In this document: piece after piece, positions 21,754 to 33,511 of the stretch | Numbering within the stretch: the first letter of the stretch is position 1 | How the letters are laid out: every line of letters begins with the position of its first letter | Origin: Lingula anatina | Lineage: Eukaryota; Animalia; Brachiopoda | Direction of reading: 5' to 3' | DNA: 64,000 nt | NCBI GenBank assembly: GCA_051362555.1 | Contig: CM120648.1 | Span: forward strand, 16,302,587-16,366,586 | Position numbers and translations under genes: made by a program | The notes under the pieces: generated by a model | Told to the model about the DNA's origin: nothing | Database searches by the model: none | Seen by the model: only the letters and a program-made list of their open reading frames with translations

Positions 21754-22419
21754 TCAATATATATTAAACGACGTAAATTTATTCCCCATACCCGTTTGGG
21801 GTTTCTTTTTATTTTTACTGGTGTGTGATGGTAGAGATAAAAACTCCTCTCGCCGCAAAGTATTGGATATAAGAGTCGAAGGAAGATTTATACGTTTTAG
21901 TCCCTTTAAAAAAATCGACCATCCGGCGGGAGTAAACTTTCGTTTTCTCGAAACGTACAATTCACTTATTAAATCAATTATGTTAGTGTTCTGTATAGTC
22001 TCTCCGTCGTATATCAGCGACCCTCGATCATCGTAAGATAAAAGGGTGGGGTGTTTGGCGATGAGTCTCAACATGTTATTCGCCTTGTTACGCATCCGCG
22101 CGGGAATCGATTCTAATATTTGCGTATCGATAAAACGCTTTGATGGTTCCGCGTTCTCATTCGCAGACGTAGGCGTATTTTCTATAGTTACAGAGATAGG
22201 TTGTTTTTTTCGGGCAACCTGCATATATTCATTTTGTAGTTCGTTGTATAACTTTATGCGTTTATCAAACGGTAAGTCTTCTCTTTGCATTACAGAACTC
22301 AGTTCATTCTGCTTTCGTAAAACTTCATCCTGTAATGGTGAATAATCCGCGTTTGATTTCCTTCGCAAAGCGTTTAACTCTGTTTCATCTATGATAACCA
22401 TCTTTTTAAACGCTGACAT
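21754..22419 (-). CDS. Conserved Polinton protein (PZ-like), function unknown
   Basis: KKMVII N-terminus; YDDRGSLIYDGETIQNTNIIDLI and PAGWSIFL...NLP..LISN motifs; C-terminal QTGMG. PZ name assigned from memory of the family. Confidence 0.65.
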   Translation of the reverse strand: MSAFKKMVIIDETELNALRRKSNADYSPLQDEVLRKQNELSSVMQREDLPFDKRIKLYNELQNEYMQVARKKQPISVTIENTPTSANENAEPSKRFIDTQILESIPARMRNKANNMLRLIAKHPTLLSYDDRGSLIYDGETIQNTNIIDLISELYVSRKRKFTPAGWSIFLKGLKRINLPSTLISNTLRREEFLSLPSHTSKNKKKPQTGMGNKFTSFNIY

Positions 22420-22726
22420 GTCTCAACACTGGTTGCACAATTGCCTTGACTAATGAAGGGTTTTTCGCTAATATTTTCTTCTTGATTTTCAGCGATCTCT
22501 GTTTCTCCACTAGTTTAAGCACGAGACTTTTGAGATGACTTAACTTATTTCTCTCTTGTGCAGTCAATCTGTACTCAGTGTTGCGCAAAAGATTACTAGC
22601 TAAATTGCACAGGTTTCGAATGAGGGTATTTGGCGAATTCTCGATCACGCTTTTTGTCAATCTTCTGTCGGCTATGGATAGAAAATTAAGATGTGGCATG
22701 AACGTGTTTGTGGATTCGGACTTCAT
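22406..22726 (-). CDS. Conserved small basic Polinton protein (PW-like)
   Basis: LIRNLCNLASNLL...LT...KL...SLKIKKKIL pattern; lies between the ATPase and the PZ-like gene and overlaps the latter by 14 bp. Confidence 0.6.
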   Translation of the reverse strand: MKSESTNTFMPHLNFLSIADRRLTKSVIENSPNTLIRNLCNLASNLLRNTEYRLTAQERNKLSHLKSLVLKLVEKQRSLKIKKKILAKNPSLVKAIVQPVLRHVSV

Positions 22727-22762
22727 TGTAAAGTGACGCAGCGACACGAAATCACCTTCTTT

Positions 22763-23410
22763 TTATACGGGCAGGTAGACGTAATGCGTTTCTCCGGGAA
22801 AAATATTTGTTCTTAGTCGCACTTCTTCGGGGGTTGTTTGACGGAAATCTATAAAAAGGTAGCTGTAGGGCTTGGACGTGGCGTCTTTGTAAATATCTAT
22901 GAACTTTTTTGAATTTTGTAAAGAGACCTGATGAGACAACGCCCTGATCTGCGATTGGTCGCGAGGAGATTTCATAAGGACTAAATATTGCATGTTAAGC
23001 GATATTGTCCTGGCATGCTTTTCTTTGGGAAATAACGAATGGGTAATAAGAATTATCGACACGTTGTTATGATGAGAATTTCGTATGAAAATGTGTTTAA
23101 TCTTAGGGTTCTCGAAACTTTCGCTAAATAAGTCGTCTAAAATAAGAAGCGAATACTTTTTCGCGTCATATATTTCTTCTAATTGTTCGTCACTAGGTAT
23201 TCCCTCTATAAAAGTTATATGTTTTGGGACCTCTTTTTCAATTTGATCGTAAGCCTCTTGCCACACAGCGTAAGCGAAAATAATATTATCAAAAGCATGG
23301 TCTGTCATTAAATCTGAGTATCTTAAGAAATTTTGAAGAAAAGTAGTCTTGCCGGCTCCGCTAGGTCCGTTGATGACCAAACTTAATGGAAGTTTCATGC
23401 TCAAATCCAT
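22763..23410 (-). CDS. A32/FtsK-HerA family DNA packaging ATPase
   Basis: Walker A GPSGAGKT, Walker B LLILDD, SHHNNVSIILITH, PYSYLFID. First ATG at 23410. Confidence 0.92.
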   Translation of the reverse strand: MDLSMKLPLSLVINGPSGAGKTTFLQNFLRYSDLMTDHAFDNIIFAYAVWQEAYDQIEKEVPKHITFIEGIPSDEQLEEIYDAKKYSLLILDDLFSESFENPKIKHIFIRNSHHNNVSIILITHSLFPKEKHARTISLNMQYLVLMKSPRDQSQIRALSHQVSLQNSKKFIDIYKDATSKPYSYLFIDFRQTTPEEVRLRTNIFPGETHYVYLPV

Positions 23411-23665
23411 GTTTCTCAACTGAATGTCTCTACAAGAGTGAAACTTAATATACCCCACATTTTTTTTTTATCATTTTTTTAAAACAACTACTTACCTGCT
23501 AGCTCGTTTGTAAGTGGTGGCTCTCGGTTTCGACCTCTTCTAAGTGTGCGACGCTATCGGAAAGACAGCTCTGCCGTAATTCTGAGTGATCCGCGTTGCC
23601 TGCCTGTGTCCTTTGAATCACGGGATATTTATACGCAGCGTAATACAATGAGTCAGCATTTTTTA

Positions 23666-24252
23666 ATGGAATTTTCTATTGAAATTCGGAAGATAATAGG
23701 AATATTCCAGATCTCTTTTCTTAGTATTATGTTCTATTGAAATTCGGAAGATAATAGGAATATTCCAGATCTCTTTTCTTAGTATTATGTTATGGAATTT
23801 CCTATTGAAATTCGGAAGATAATAGGAATATTCCAGATCTCTTTTCTTAGTATTATGTTCTATTGAAATTAGGAAGATAATAGGAATATTCCAGATCTCT
23901 TTTCTTAGTATCATGTTATGGAATTTCCTATTGAAATTCGGAAGATAAAAGGAATATCCCAGATCTCTTTTCTTAGTATTGTGTTACGGAATTTTCTATT
24001 GAAATTCGGAAGATAAAAGGAATATTCCAGATATCTTTTTCTTAGTATTATGTTATGGACTGTTTTTAATTGTGTAATAAAACGTGTCTATCGAAATTCT
24101 GATTAAGGAGCTTTTATACAATAACCAAAAACCAGTTAAACCCGGCTAAAAAGATAATAGAGATGTCTCAGATCTGTGTCTCAACTCTTTTCTGAGTATC
24201 ATGTTATGGAATGTTCTATTGAAATTCGGAAGATAATAGGAATATTCCAGAT
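23666..24252. repeat. Tandem array of 58/68-bp units upstream of the ATPase gene
   Basis: CTATTGAAATTCGGAAGATAATAGGAATATTCCAGATCTCTTTTCTTAGTATTATGTT starts at 23676, 23734, 23802, 23860, 23928 and 23996, plus degenerate/partial copies to ~24252. Confidence 0.9.
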
Positions 24253-24666
24253 TCGTGAATCAACAATATATTTTATAATATGTGTGTTTAAATACGAATG
24301 GCCTTTTTAGACGAGCGTAGACTGCATCCAGTTGCAATGTGATGTTACTGCGTTCGACGCCGTTGAGGCATTAAGTCTCACTGTGTTTGGTTCTCACTAA
24401 GCGCATTGTGACTGCGCTGGTCATCTTGGTTGACTTCACCTGTCAGGCAACAAACTAAACTGCATTATATTCCAAAGTTACACGTCGAGCAGAACCACAT
24501 CTATTCATGTCTACTGTTGCTGACAGTGTTTATAGTCGCTAAAATATAAGGAGACTTTACAACAAACGAGGTCTCGCTGATCCCAAGTCTATCTCGTTCA
24601 GTAAATATTCTGCACACTGACAGCCGTGTTAAAGGATATCATTTCCCCTAGGTAAATACAATTTTT

Positions 24667-25772
24667 GTTTGAATTGTGAACGTTGTCCAGGCATGCCCCG
24701 TTTTACTCGAATAATGCAAAAAGCTGGTCAGCAAACAAATACAACCAGTGCCATTCAAAGTGTCACCATTGTGGTGTATAGAAGCGTGTAATGATCTTCC
24801 ACTTTAGTTGCTATGCGAAGTAGAAAGCACAGTACATTTTCGTTCTTCGTGTCAGTCTACTCTACAAAGGTCTCCGCATTCTTTATTCATATAAATATCA
24901 ATTACCAACATTTTATTTATTATTATATTTTCTGTAATGAATTTTACTTCTACTTTGATTTTATTTTCTATTCTACTACAACTAAATTAAACTTATAGGT
25001 CATAGTAAAATGATTTAGATGACGAATGGCTAAGGTCACGGTAGTGATCAAAAGCTTTGTGAGGTACAGTACTTCGTTTGAAAAATAAATAAGATTCGTA
25101 AGAAATAATAAATTGTCCAATTCAAAATTCGCGTTTTGTAAAAATGCAAAATACCAAAATTCACTTTTTGTATGAATTCGTATTTCGAATTTTATATTCC
25201 TAAACATTTCAATTTTCATGTTTGAATTGTGAACGTTGTCCAGGCATGCCCCGTTTTACTCGAATAATGCAAAAAGCTGGTCAGCAAACAAATACAACCA
25301 GTGCCATTCAAAGTGTCACCATTGTGGTGTATAGAAGCGTGTAATGATCTTCCACTTTAGTTGCTACGCGAAGTAGAAAGCACAGTACATTTTCGTTCTT
25401 CGTGTCAGTCTACTCTACAAAGGTCTCCGCATTCTTTATTCATATAAATATCAATTACCAACATTTTATTTATTATTATATTTTCTGTAATGAATTTTAC
25501 TTCTACTTTGATTTTATTTTCTATTCTACTACAACTAAATTAAACTTATAGGTCATAGTAAAATGATTTAGATGACGAATGGCTAAGGTCACGGTAGTGA
25601 TCAAAAGCTTTGTGAGGTACAGTACTTCGTTTGAAAAATAAATAAGATTCGTAAGAAATAATAAATTGTCCAATTCAAAATTCGCGTTTTGTAAAAATGC
25701 AAAATACCAAAATTCACTTTTTGTATGAATTCGTATTTCGAATTTTATATTCCTAAACATCTCAATTTTCAT
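24667..25772. repeat. Near-perfect 553-bp tandem duplication inside the Polinton
   Basis: 24667-25219 is repeated at 25220-25772 (identical 83-aa ORF calls offset by 553); two substitutions seen by eye. Confidence 0.9.
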
Positions 25773-25924
25773 AATTCATAAGATTTTACAATTCTAAAAT
25801 GCGAAATATATACGATTTTTTATGAGAATTCATAAGAGTGATTGTGCAGAGAAAGACACATGCATAGCGCAGAGCAGAATTTACAGCTCAAATTTTTGAA
25901 CGATATATTCTAAGTCCAGGTATA

Positions 25925-26822
25925 TGAAATCAATTTATTGCATGGCTGGCACAGACCGCTTAGGTCTAATGGACGTGTATAGTATAACAAATACTATTCA
26001 TATGTAGCCAGTACTAGCATATGAAATCAATTAATTGCATGGCTGGCATGGCGCAGACCGCTTGGATGCACTGCGCATACGTACAATAATATTCATATAT
26101 TACCGGTATGTAAAGTGCAGATATCTAGGCGTCTATGATTTTTATATTAAAAAACTTTTCACAGTTCCAGTATATTCTAAAACTCCTTCTGTGTCTTAAT
26201 GCAATGTTTCCCAAAATATTACAGAACTTTTCTTTGCGAACGTATCACAGGTCAGCTCAGAGACATCAGTAATAACAAAATCAATTTACTGCATGGCCGG
26301 CGCAGACCGCTTGGGTGCACTGCGCATACGTACAATGATATTCATATATTACCGGTATGTAAAGTGCAGATATCTAGGCGTCTATGATTTTTATATTAAA
26401 AAAACTTTTCACAGTTCCAGTACATTTAAAACTCTCTCTGTGTGTCTTATTGCAATGTTTCCCAACATATTCTAGAGCTTTTCTTTGTGGGTATAACACG
26501 GGTCAGCTCAGAGACATCAGTGATAGCAAAATCAATTTACCGCATGGCTGGCGCAGACCGCATGGGTTCACTGCGCATACAATAATACTTTTGATATATT
26601 GCCGGTATGTGAGGTGCAGAAACCTAGGTGTCTATGATTTTTATATTAAAAAAAACTTTTCAAAGTTCCAGTATATTCTAAAACTCCCTCTGTGTCTTAA
26701 TTATTGCAATGATTCCCAAAAATATTCTAGAACTTTCCTTTGTAAGCATATCACGGGTCAGCTAGAAGACATCAGAAATGACAAAATCAATTTTCTGCAT
26801 GGTTGGCCCAGACCGCTTAGAT
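25925..26822. repeat. ~250-bp subterminal tandem repeats next to the right TIR
   Basis: AAATCAATTT..GCATGG..GGCGCAGACCGC motif at ~25927, 26024, 26278, 26529 and 26784; three diverged full units. Confidence 0.85.
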
Positions 26823-26828
26823 GCATTG

Positions 26829-27311
26829 TATTTTCAAGAGGTTTCTAGCTCATGCAAGCCTTAACGCATTCAGCTGTATATTCACAAACACGAGATGGGT
26901 GAGGGCGCACCAAACGCATTCTTCTGCGCATTTCTAGAAAAAAGGGTTTCAAATTGCCCTTTCAATAAAATAAATAATAAAAAACTTTTTCCAATAACTC
27001 CTGAAATTAAATATAGCTAAAATAACCATACAAACCCCTCCTTTACGTTTCTTTGCTCGCTATACAATTATTTAACAAAAAACCTTCTAGGTTTTATTGA
27101 ATCATCATTAGAATTTGCTCGTCCCTCGTTTACACTAAAATGATTGTCATTTAAATTCGCTTGCAAAGCCTTCTTTCTGCTTCAGGGGTCACTAAGAAAT
27201 TACATTGAAAGTACACTCCTCCTCAAAAGGTTCAAGGTTCACTAAAAAAATTACATTAAAAGTATATACCTCCTCCGAAAATGCAGGTTGAAAACCTCGT
27301 CTCTTACTACT
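26829..27311. repeat. Polinton right TIR (483 bp)
   Basis: Reverse complement of 12280-12762; ends ...CTCTTACTACT followed by TGTACA. Confidence 0.95.
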
Positions 27312-27351
27312 TGTACATGTACAGCAAATGTTATTACTGTCTTCCTCCAAT

Positions 27352-28381
27352 ATGGCAAGATACAGGCTATTATCTAACGGTTATAGGTGCAAGTTATTAA
27401 CCCGAAGAGGCGGAATATAAACAATGTCAGAATATCGATACAATCGAACTGTTCAGTCAGAACCGTGCAGAGGGTCTGGTCTCGGTATAGAAACACTGGA
27501 TCAAGAGACAAATTGCCTCTGATGGGTCGTCCAAGAAAAAATACTGGCCGTGAAGACCGACGACTGATTTTGATGTCCAGGTTGTCAAAGTTCGACACTG
27601 CTTGTCAGTTGACAAAACACTGGAACAATTTCACACATAAGAATGTGTCTGTGAAAATTGCTAGGCGTCGGTTACATGCTCAGAGAGTGTACAGCAGGGT
27701 AGCAAGACTGAAACCTCTTATATTGTTACAAAACAGGCAACGTAGAGTAAACTAGGGTCAACAGGATCTGGAACTGGACAGTTCATGACAATTGGTCCTA
27801 TATATTTTCTCTGATGAGTGTCGCTTTGGTCCGACCTCTGATGACAGACGGGTACTATGCTGGCAAATTGCTGGTAAAGCATTTGAACCACATGCACTAA
27901 ATTTTCGAACCCGGAGCAGCATATTCATCACGGTGTGGGGCTGCATCAGCATCCATGGCTTGGGCGAATTGATAGTGGTTAATGGAAACATGAATCACTA
28001 GAAATATATCGATGTTTTGGAGTCAGGCTTGCTCCCATCTATTACTAACATGTTTGGTGACAGGAATTATCCATTTGTTCACCAGGATGACAATGCTCCT
28101 TGTCACAGGCCCAGAGCAGCTGATGATTGGTTTGACCAACAGGACATTCGCAGGGTGATGTGGCCTGCCCAGAGTCCAGATGCAAACATAATAGAAAATG
28201 TGTGGAATGATATGTCAAAACTTTTTACAAATGCCCGTCTAACCAGCAGAGAAACTCTGTTATATTCAGTGTTTCATGCTTGGGCCAGCATAAGCCCTGA
28301 ACGCATTAGACAATTATATGAAACCTTCCTTCGTAGACTGGCACCTATTATTAGGTCACGTGGCTATGCCACTAAGTATAA
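27352..28381 (+). pseudogene. Tc1-family DD34E transposase, disrupted
   Basis: HTH region with GRPRK, FSDECRF, VWGCIS, QDDNAPCH and WPAQSPDANIIENVW, with 34 residues between the second D and E. Several stops and frameshifts. Confidence 0.9.
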
Positions 28382-30093
28382 TTTTGGACTTGAAACTGCA
28401 TATTTTGGTAGAATGTATATTTTGCTCTCATTTTGTGATTTTTTTGTGAAATTTGATGTTAATAAAATGATACCAGCAGCATATCATTCCACAGTCATTT
28501 ATCTCCACCATAGTATTGGTTCAGTAGGGGTGACACTTCTTTTGTCCAGTGTGTGTACATGCTCCCTCGGCAGTTAGTGTTTGTTTCAATGATGTAAAGT
28601 ATTTCCATATTTATTCTCTACATAAAGTCAAAAAGTACAAAATGACTTTCATTTATTTGTTTTCTTTTGAAAATCAACAAGGTCGAACATTTTACAAAAA
28701 ATCTATTCAGTATAATTTAGCGACGTTCACCTCTCAGGTGCCAATTAGCTATTTGACCTCAAATTTACAGGGGTACTTTGCTTATTAAGAGGACAGGCAG
28801 CTTTTGAAAAGTAGCATGATTGTATCTTTTTGTAATAATCTCTTAAGAGATTATAACAGAGTATAGCCATCTATGGAGGTCACGTGGTCCGATGACTAGC
28901 TCAGATATCAGAATAATAGCTATAGCTACTGTTTTGTGCTAAAACAGAATATATTACATTTCTATGAGTTGTTTACAATGATTTCAGGTTCCTTATAAAA
29001 TCAGCAAGATCAAATTATCGTTATTTTTCAAATTATCCCTTTCTTGCATGTATTTTGGCAACATTTGTCTCACAATCAAACCACCAAACCTTATTTTTCT
29101 TTTATTTCAATTTTGGGGTATTTAAGTCTCAAAATCAAATCAAAATTATATTTGATCTTTTTATAGGTAACTGGAATTTATTTCTTGTAATAATGTGTAA
29201 TTTCATTATATTATTGTCTCAAATTATCGATATACATCTCACTAACCACACGCATTTGTCATGCTAAGTCTTATAAGGTATATATTCTCTCCTGCAGTTA
29301 CTATACACATATCTTTATGACACTACAAGTGCGTGTTTTTCAAGTATAAGTAATGATGGTTCGTCAGAATTCCATATGAAATTGAAGCTTAGCTCAGATA
29401 TTCTGAGATTTTCTCAATCACCAGGTTATTTCAATCAATAAGAAGGAACAGTGTTAGTGCAGATAAGTAGATTTCTAAACTTTAAACTGTAGATTACATA
29501 TTAGTTAAATTTATTAGGAAGTTCGCTATAAAACAATTTTCCAACGTTTTACCACCCCATAACATATACAATGTTATGACTGCAATTTCATTGTTTTTTG
29601 AGGTGGCAATTGCTGAGATGTTTAAGTAACTTTAAAATATTGACATCTTACTTGTATATGTATCGAAGGATATCAAAGTCAGTATGACAGTGTAAAAAAG
29701 AGGATTGTGCAACGTAGAAACATGCGTGCGTGCATGTATGACGTCTCACGCACTCACATACTGTAGCTGCGTCGATGGACAACTAAAATGACAACAATAC
29801 CAATAACAGTCAACGGACAATTTGGTTCCTTTAAATATATGTTAACAATAATCTTTTATACTCTCTTTTGGTTCCTCTTTTAACTCCTCTTTTTGACTCT
29901 CTTTTTGACTCTCTTTTGGACAGACATTTAACCTAAGCTGACAGTAATCTAATGAGACTCCCCACGGAGATAGATCGATCTAAAATCTGTAGAAAATCAT
30001 GTTCCATACCGTTTCAATTGAACAATTCCAAATTGTGACATTCAATACAATTTACAATTCTGCTATTGATAAGCAGAGATGAATGTTGTATAT

Positions 30094-30147
<54 letters not shown>

Positions 30148-30506
30148 TGGCTGAGTAATTAATTTTGGTTCATTGTTTGACATGTCGACTATATTTTGGT
30201 CATTTTAGTAATTAGAATCATATTCAGGGAATCTACGGTCGCTTCATTCGCAACTTTCATTTAATGTAACAAACATAAATATCTTGTACTTTGTCATATA
30301 TTTTGAAATAGTATAAATCAAAATACACTTTCATATTTTAAGCATAACTAATGAAAAGGAAAAGACATTAATTTTTATTATGACTGGTATTGCAATACAT
30401 TAATAAACAGGCCGGCACTTAATGGTACTGTAAGGGTTTATGAGCCTCTAGATACCAAAAATAAGGTTTTCCTACATCAATTATTCGATAATGCTTATAT
30501 CTTTGT

Positions 30507-31425
30507 GGATTCTAGGACAATTCCCCCCTGGACAATTCCCCCCCGACAATTCCCCCCCGGACAATTCCCCCCCCCCAGGACAATTCCCCCTGGACGATTC
30601 CCTCCCCCCCAAGAAATATATATTTATATACAAATATAAAGTAGAAAGTGTAAAGTTTGAAACATTTCATCTATTTTATTAACATTTTTAGTGTGATAAT
30701 ATAACTTCACCATGAAACAAATTATTTTATAACAAATTCCCTTTTCATTGAGTACAAGTACAGGAAGATTTATTAAGTATCTAATGGGAGTATAACCACC
30801 TATCCTTCAGGTAAAAGTGGGATAAACAGATGAACAGGTAAACAGATATTTTATAAATATTTTAGTGTGGTGGGTGGTGGGTGGTGGTCAAGCAATTAAA
30901 AGTGACAAATAGTCACAGGGATACCTGGATAAGCGAGAAAATCTTTTTACCCCACCCCTCCCTAGAGATGCACCTTGATTCAAGACTTACTGAATCAAAG
31001 GGGGGGGGGGGGGGGGAGAAATAAAGCAATTAAAAGTTACAGTCAATTCATCAAAGGGCTACCTGGATGAGTGAGATCATCTGTTTACCTCTCCTTTACC
31101 TGGAGATACATATTCTTTGATCAGATTTTTAATAAAATGTTCTGTACTTCTATCTCGAAAATTTCATGTACTTGAACTCCAAGAAAATAAATTGTTTAAT
31201 AGAATTAATATTATCTATCCTTGATTTGCATCATCACACTAAGAAATATTCAAAAATGGATGAAAAGAACTTTGAACTTTGTATTCTTTACTTTATATTT
31301 GTATATAAATATATATATTCTTCGGGAGGGAATCTTCCGGGGGGGAATTGTCCTGGTGGGGGGGGGGGGATTGTCCGGGGGGGATTGCCCGGGAGGAATA
31401 GTCCGGGGGGAATTGTCCTGATACC
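30507..31425. mobile_element. Non-autonomous DNA transposon with GGACAATTCCCCC subterminal repeats (Mutator- or hAT-like)
   Basis: 8-bp TSD ATCTTTGT (30499-506, 31426-433); GG...CC termini; five GGACAATTCCCC-type units at left, mirrored by GGGGAATTGTCC units at right. Confidence 0.8.
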
Positions 31426-33511
31426 ATCTTTGTGCTGATCAAAAACAATAAAAATCCACTAGCAAGTATAAAATATTGGCGTTTATATTTCTCGTTGCTA
31501 AGTGTAAGCAGAGGTATCTCAAAGCTTTTTATCGTCAATATAACACCTTTTGCTTTGAGGTGAGATAGCATGGGGCGTAACTCCATCCCTAAACAAGATC
31601 TTAGCACTAAAAATTGGCATAAGTGACGACAATGAATGGGCTTCAACCCCGTGCAGTCAATTCCAGTGCCGTCATTGAGGATTCATTTTGCCTTATTAAC
31701 GATAACATCTGAACAAAGTCTTTTAAGAAAAATCGCTGGTAGTTGAGAAGTACTAAATGGTGCCATGGAATTGGCGTTAAAACAGTGCTTGTATAGGCAC
31801 TCAGGTAAATATAAAATTTTAGAAGCATGTTTTGCATTTTTACCCGCAAATAACAATTATGGCGTCATCAGTAAGTTGAAATGTGTAAAAATGGTATGGA
31901 ATTATGTCACTGAACACCGGATAATTATCTATTAAGATAGAAGACAGAAAATATAAGGATTACTATCGAACTCTGACAGTACCATAAAACAATTGTGTAC
32001 AGCCATCCACAGAGCACCTCTGGTAGAAAGTACAAATATAACACAAACCGTCCACTGTATGCGACGCAAAAAAAGTGTCATTTTTGAGGCGCAATTGACG
32101 TACAGTGTAATTACACTCTTCTTTGTTGCATATAGTGGGAGTCAATTGCTCATGGCTACACGTGCTTTCTATCAGAGGCTAGCTGAGTGATGGCGTCAAT
32201 TAGCCATAGAAATATCTGTAAATATCAAATGAAAATCCATCTGTGTCCCTGATAGAGGGTAGTTTGTACCTGACACTTTGAACAATAGGATAATTACAGC
32301 CCTATTTCGCTTTTAACTAACGTGTTACAATGCAATCCAGCGCACGCCTCTGGTAATAAGTTAGCCAAATACAACCACCCTATAGTATGAAGCTGTGACA
32401 TTATAACACATACATTACGGGTTTTGCTGGGTCCTACTGTGGTAGCTATTGATTAACTGATAACCCTTGTTATTTTATTTCTAAACCGAGTCTTAAGTAG
32501 TATTTTATTTCTAAACAGAGTCTTAAGTAGTACCCTGGTACGTAATCTCTCATGAAATTCCTAGCACAGTGTATAAAATGATATGCATTAGTGTTTTTTT
32601 TTTAATTTAATTTGATTTCGCCCCCCATCCCCCCCCCCCCCCCCCCCCCACACACACACACAATTGGTAATTCATAGTGTCCCATCTAAATAAAACTTGG
32701 CAAGTTGGGAGAAGTCAGAAAGAGAAGTATTGGCAATTTTGTGTGCTCCAGGAGATTATTAATCATAAGAGGCCTGCTGAGCAAATACGCTTAATAACCC
32801 TCTACTTACTGCCTATCTAAGTGCCATCGTGGCTTCCTCTAATTTTCAAAACGTTGTTATTAGACGGATTCAATTCTTTAATTTTCAAAACGTTGTATAA
32901 ACGAAATCAACTACCTCTCTTGAAGTTGAACTTTGGCTGAAGTCGCCTTTCTGGATCAATCAAGACCATAAAGACTTATCCCTGAATGGGTGCCACAGTA
33001 AACGGTAGGCCTACATTACCTGATAACAGAGTGAAGTCGCCGTGAATCAAGTGTAATTTTTTCAAGTCAAAAGTGCATTGTGATAATAAGACGGGTTTGG
33101 AGGATTATAAGATTGATACTTCACATTATTTGAACCCAGTGTGTCATAATGTCAGTTCTTTAAGGATAGTAAATTGCTGCAAAGTCCATTTATAAGACTA
33201 ACATTAAACGATGCTTAGTAATTATACGAAGCGTCACAGTGTCTGTAGGCGTAAGCTTGTATAGTTGGTATAATCTTGCAAAACAGTATGGCGTATTTTA
33301 AACATAATAAATTGTCAATGGAAACAGACAGACTTCTATCGCATCCCCTCTAACCGGGCACAGGTTGAAGCGTAAGACGTCACATGTCACATGTCTACCG
33401 AGAACACAAGCATGATTCACTTAGTAAGACACGCATTGAGACAGGTCCAGCTTGTAAACGACTTTGCAACCTTTTCCTCTACTCTGCAATTTTCTTCAAG
33501 TTTAAAGAGTC

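Larger units (their letters stand above)
12280..27311. mobile_element. Polinton/Maverick (endogenous adintovirus-like), full length, 15,032 bp
   Basis: AGTAGT...ACTACT termini, 483-bp TIRs, 6-bp TSD TGTACA (12274-79, 27312-17). Contains pPolB, rve integrase, two capsid genes, cysteine protease and packaging ATPase. Confidence 0.97.
12132..28555 (+). mobile_element. Tc1-like (DD34E) transposon of ~1.39 kb, split by the Polinton insertion
   Basis: Perfect 29-bp TIRs CACACACTGGACAAAAGAAGTGTCACCCC (12132-12160 / 28527-28555); TA TSD (12130-31, 28556-57). Empty site GGTAAAATGTACCTGCTC in the paralogous flank at ~2348-2365. Confidence 0.9.

Noticed and set aside
23666-24252. 58/68-bp repeat array with internal palindromes as a CRISPR-like array
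   Set aside because: Units are head-to-tail with no unique spacers (only one recurring 10-bp insert), there are no cas genes, and the context is eukaryotic.
24968-25772. Two identical 83-aa ORFs as a duplicated Polinton gene
   Set aside because: AT-rich low-complexity translation with no motif; the identity is explained by the 553-bp DNA duplication.
26199-26848. 154-aa and shorter ORFs next to the right TIR
   Set aside because: They arise from ~250-bp tandem repeats whose units shift frame; no consistent coding signal.
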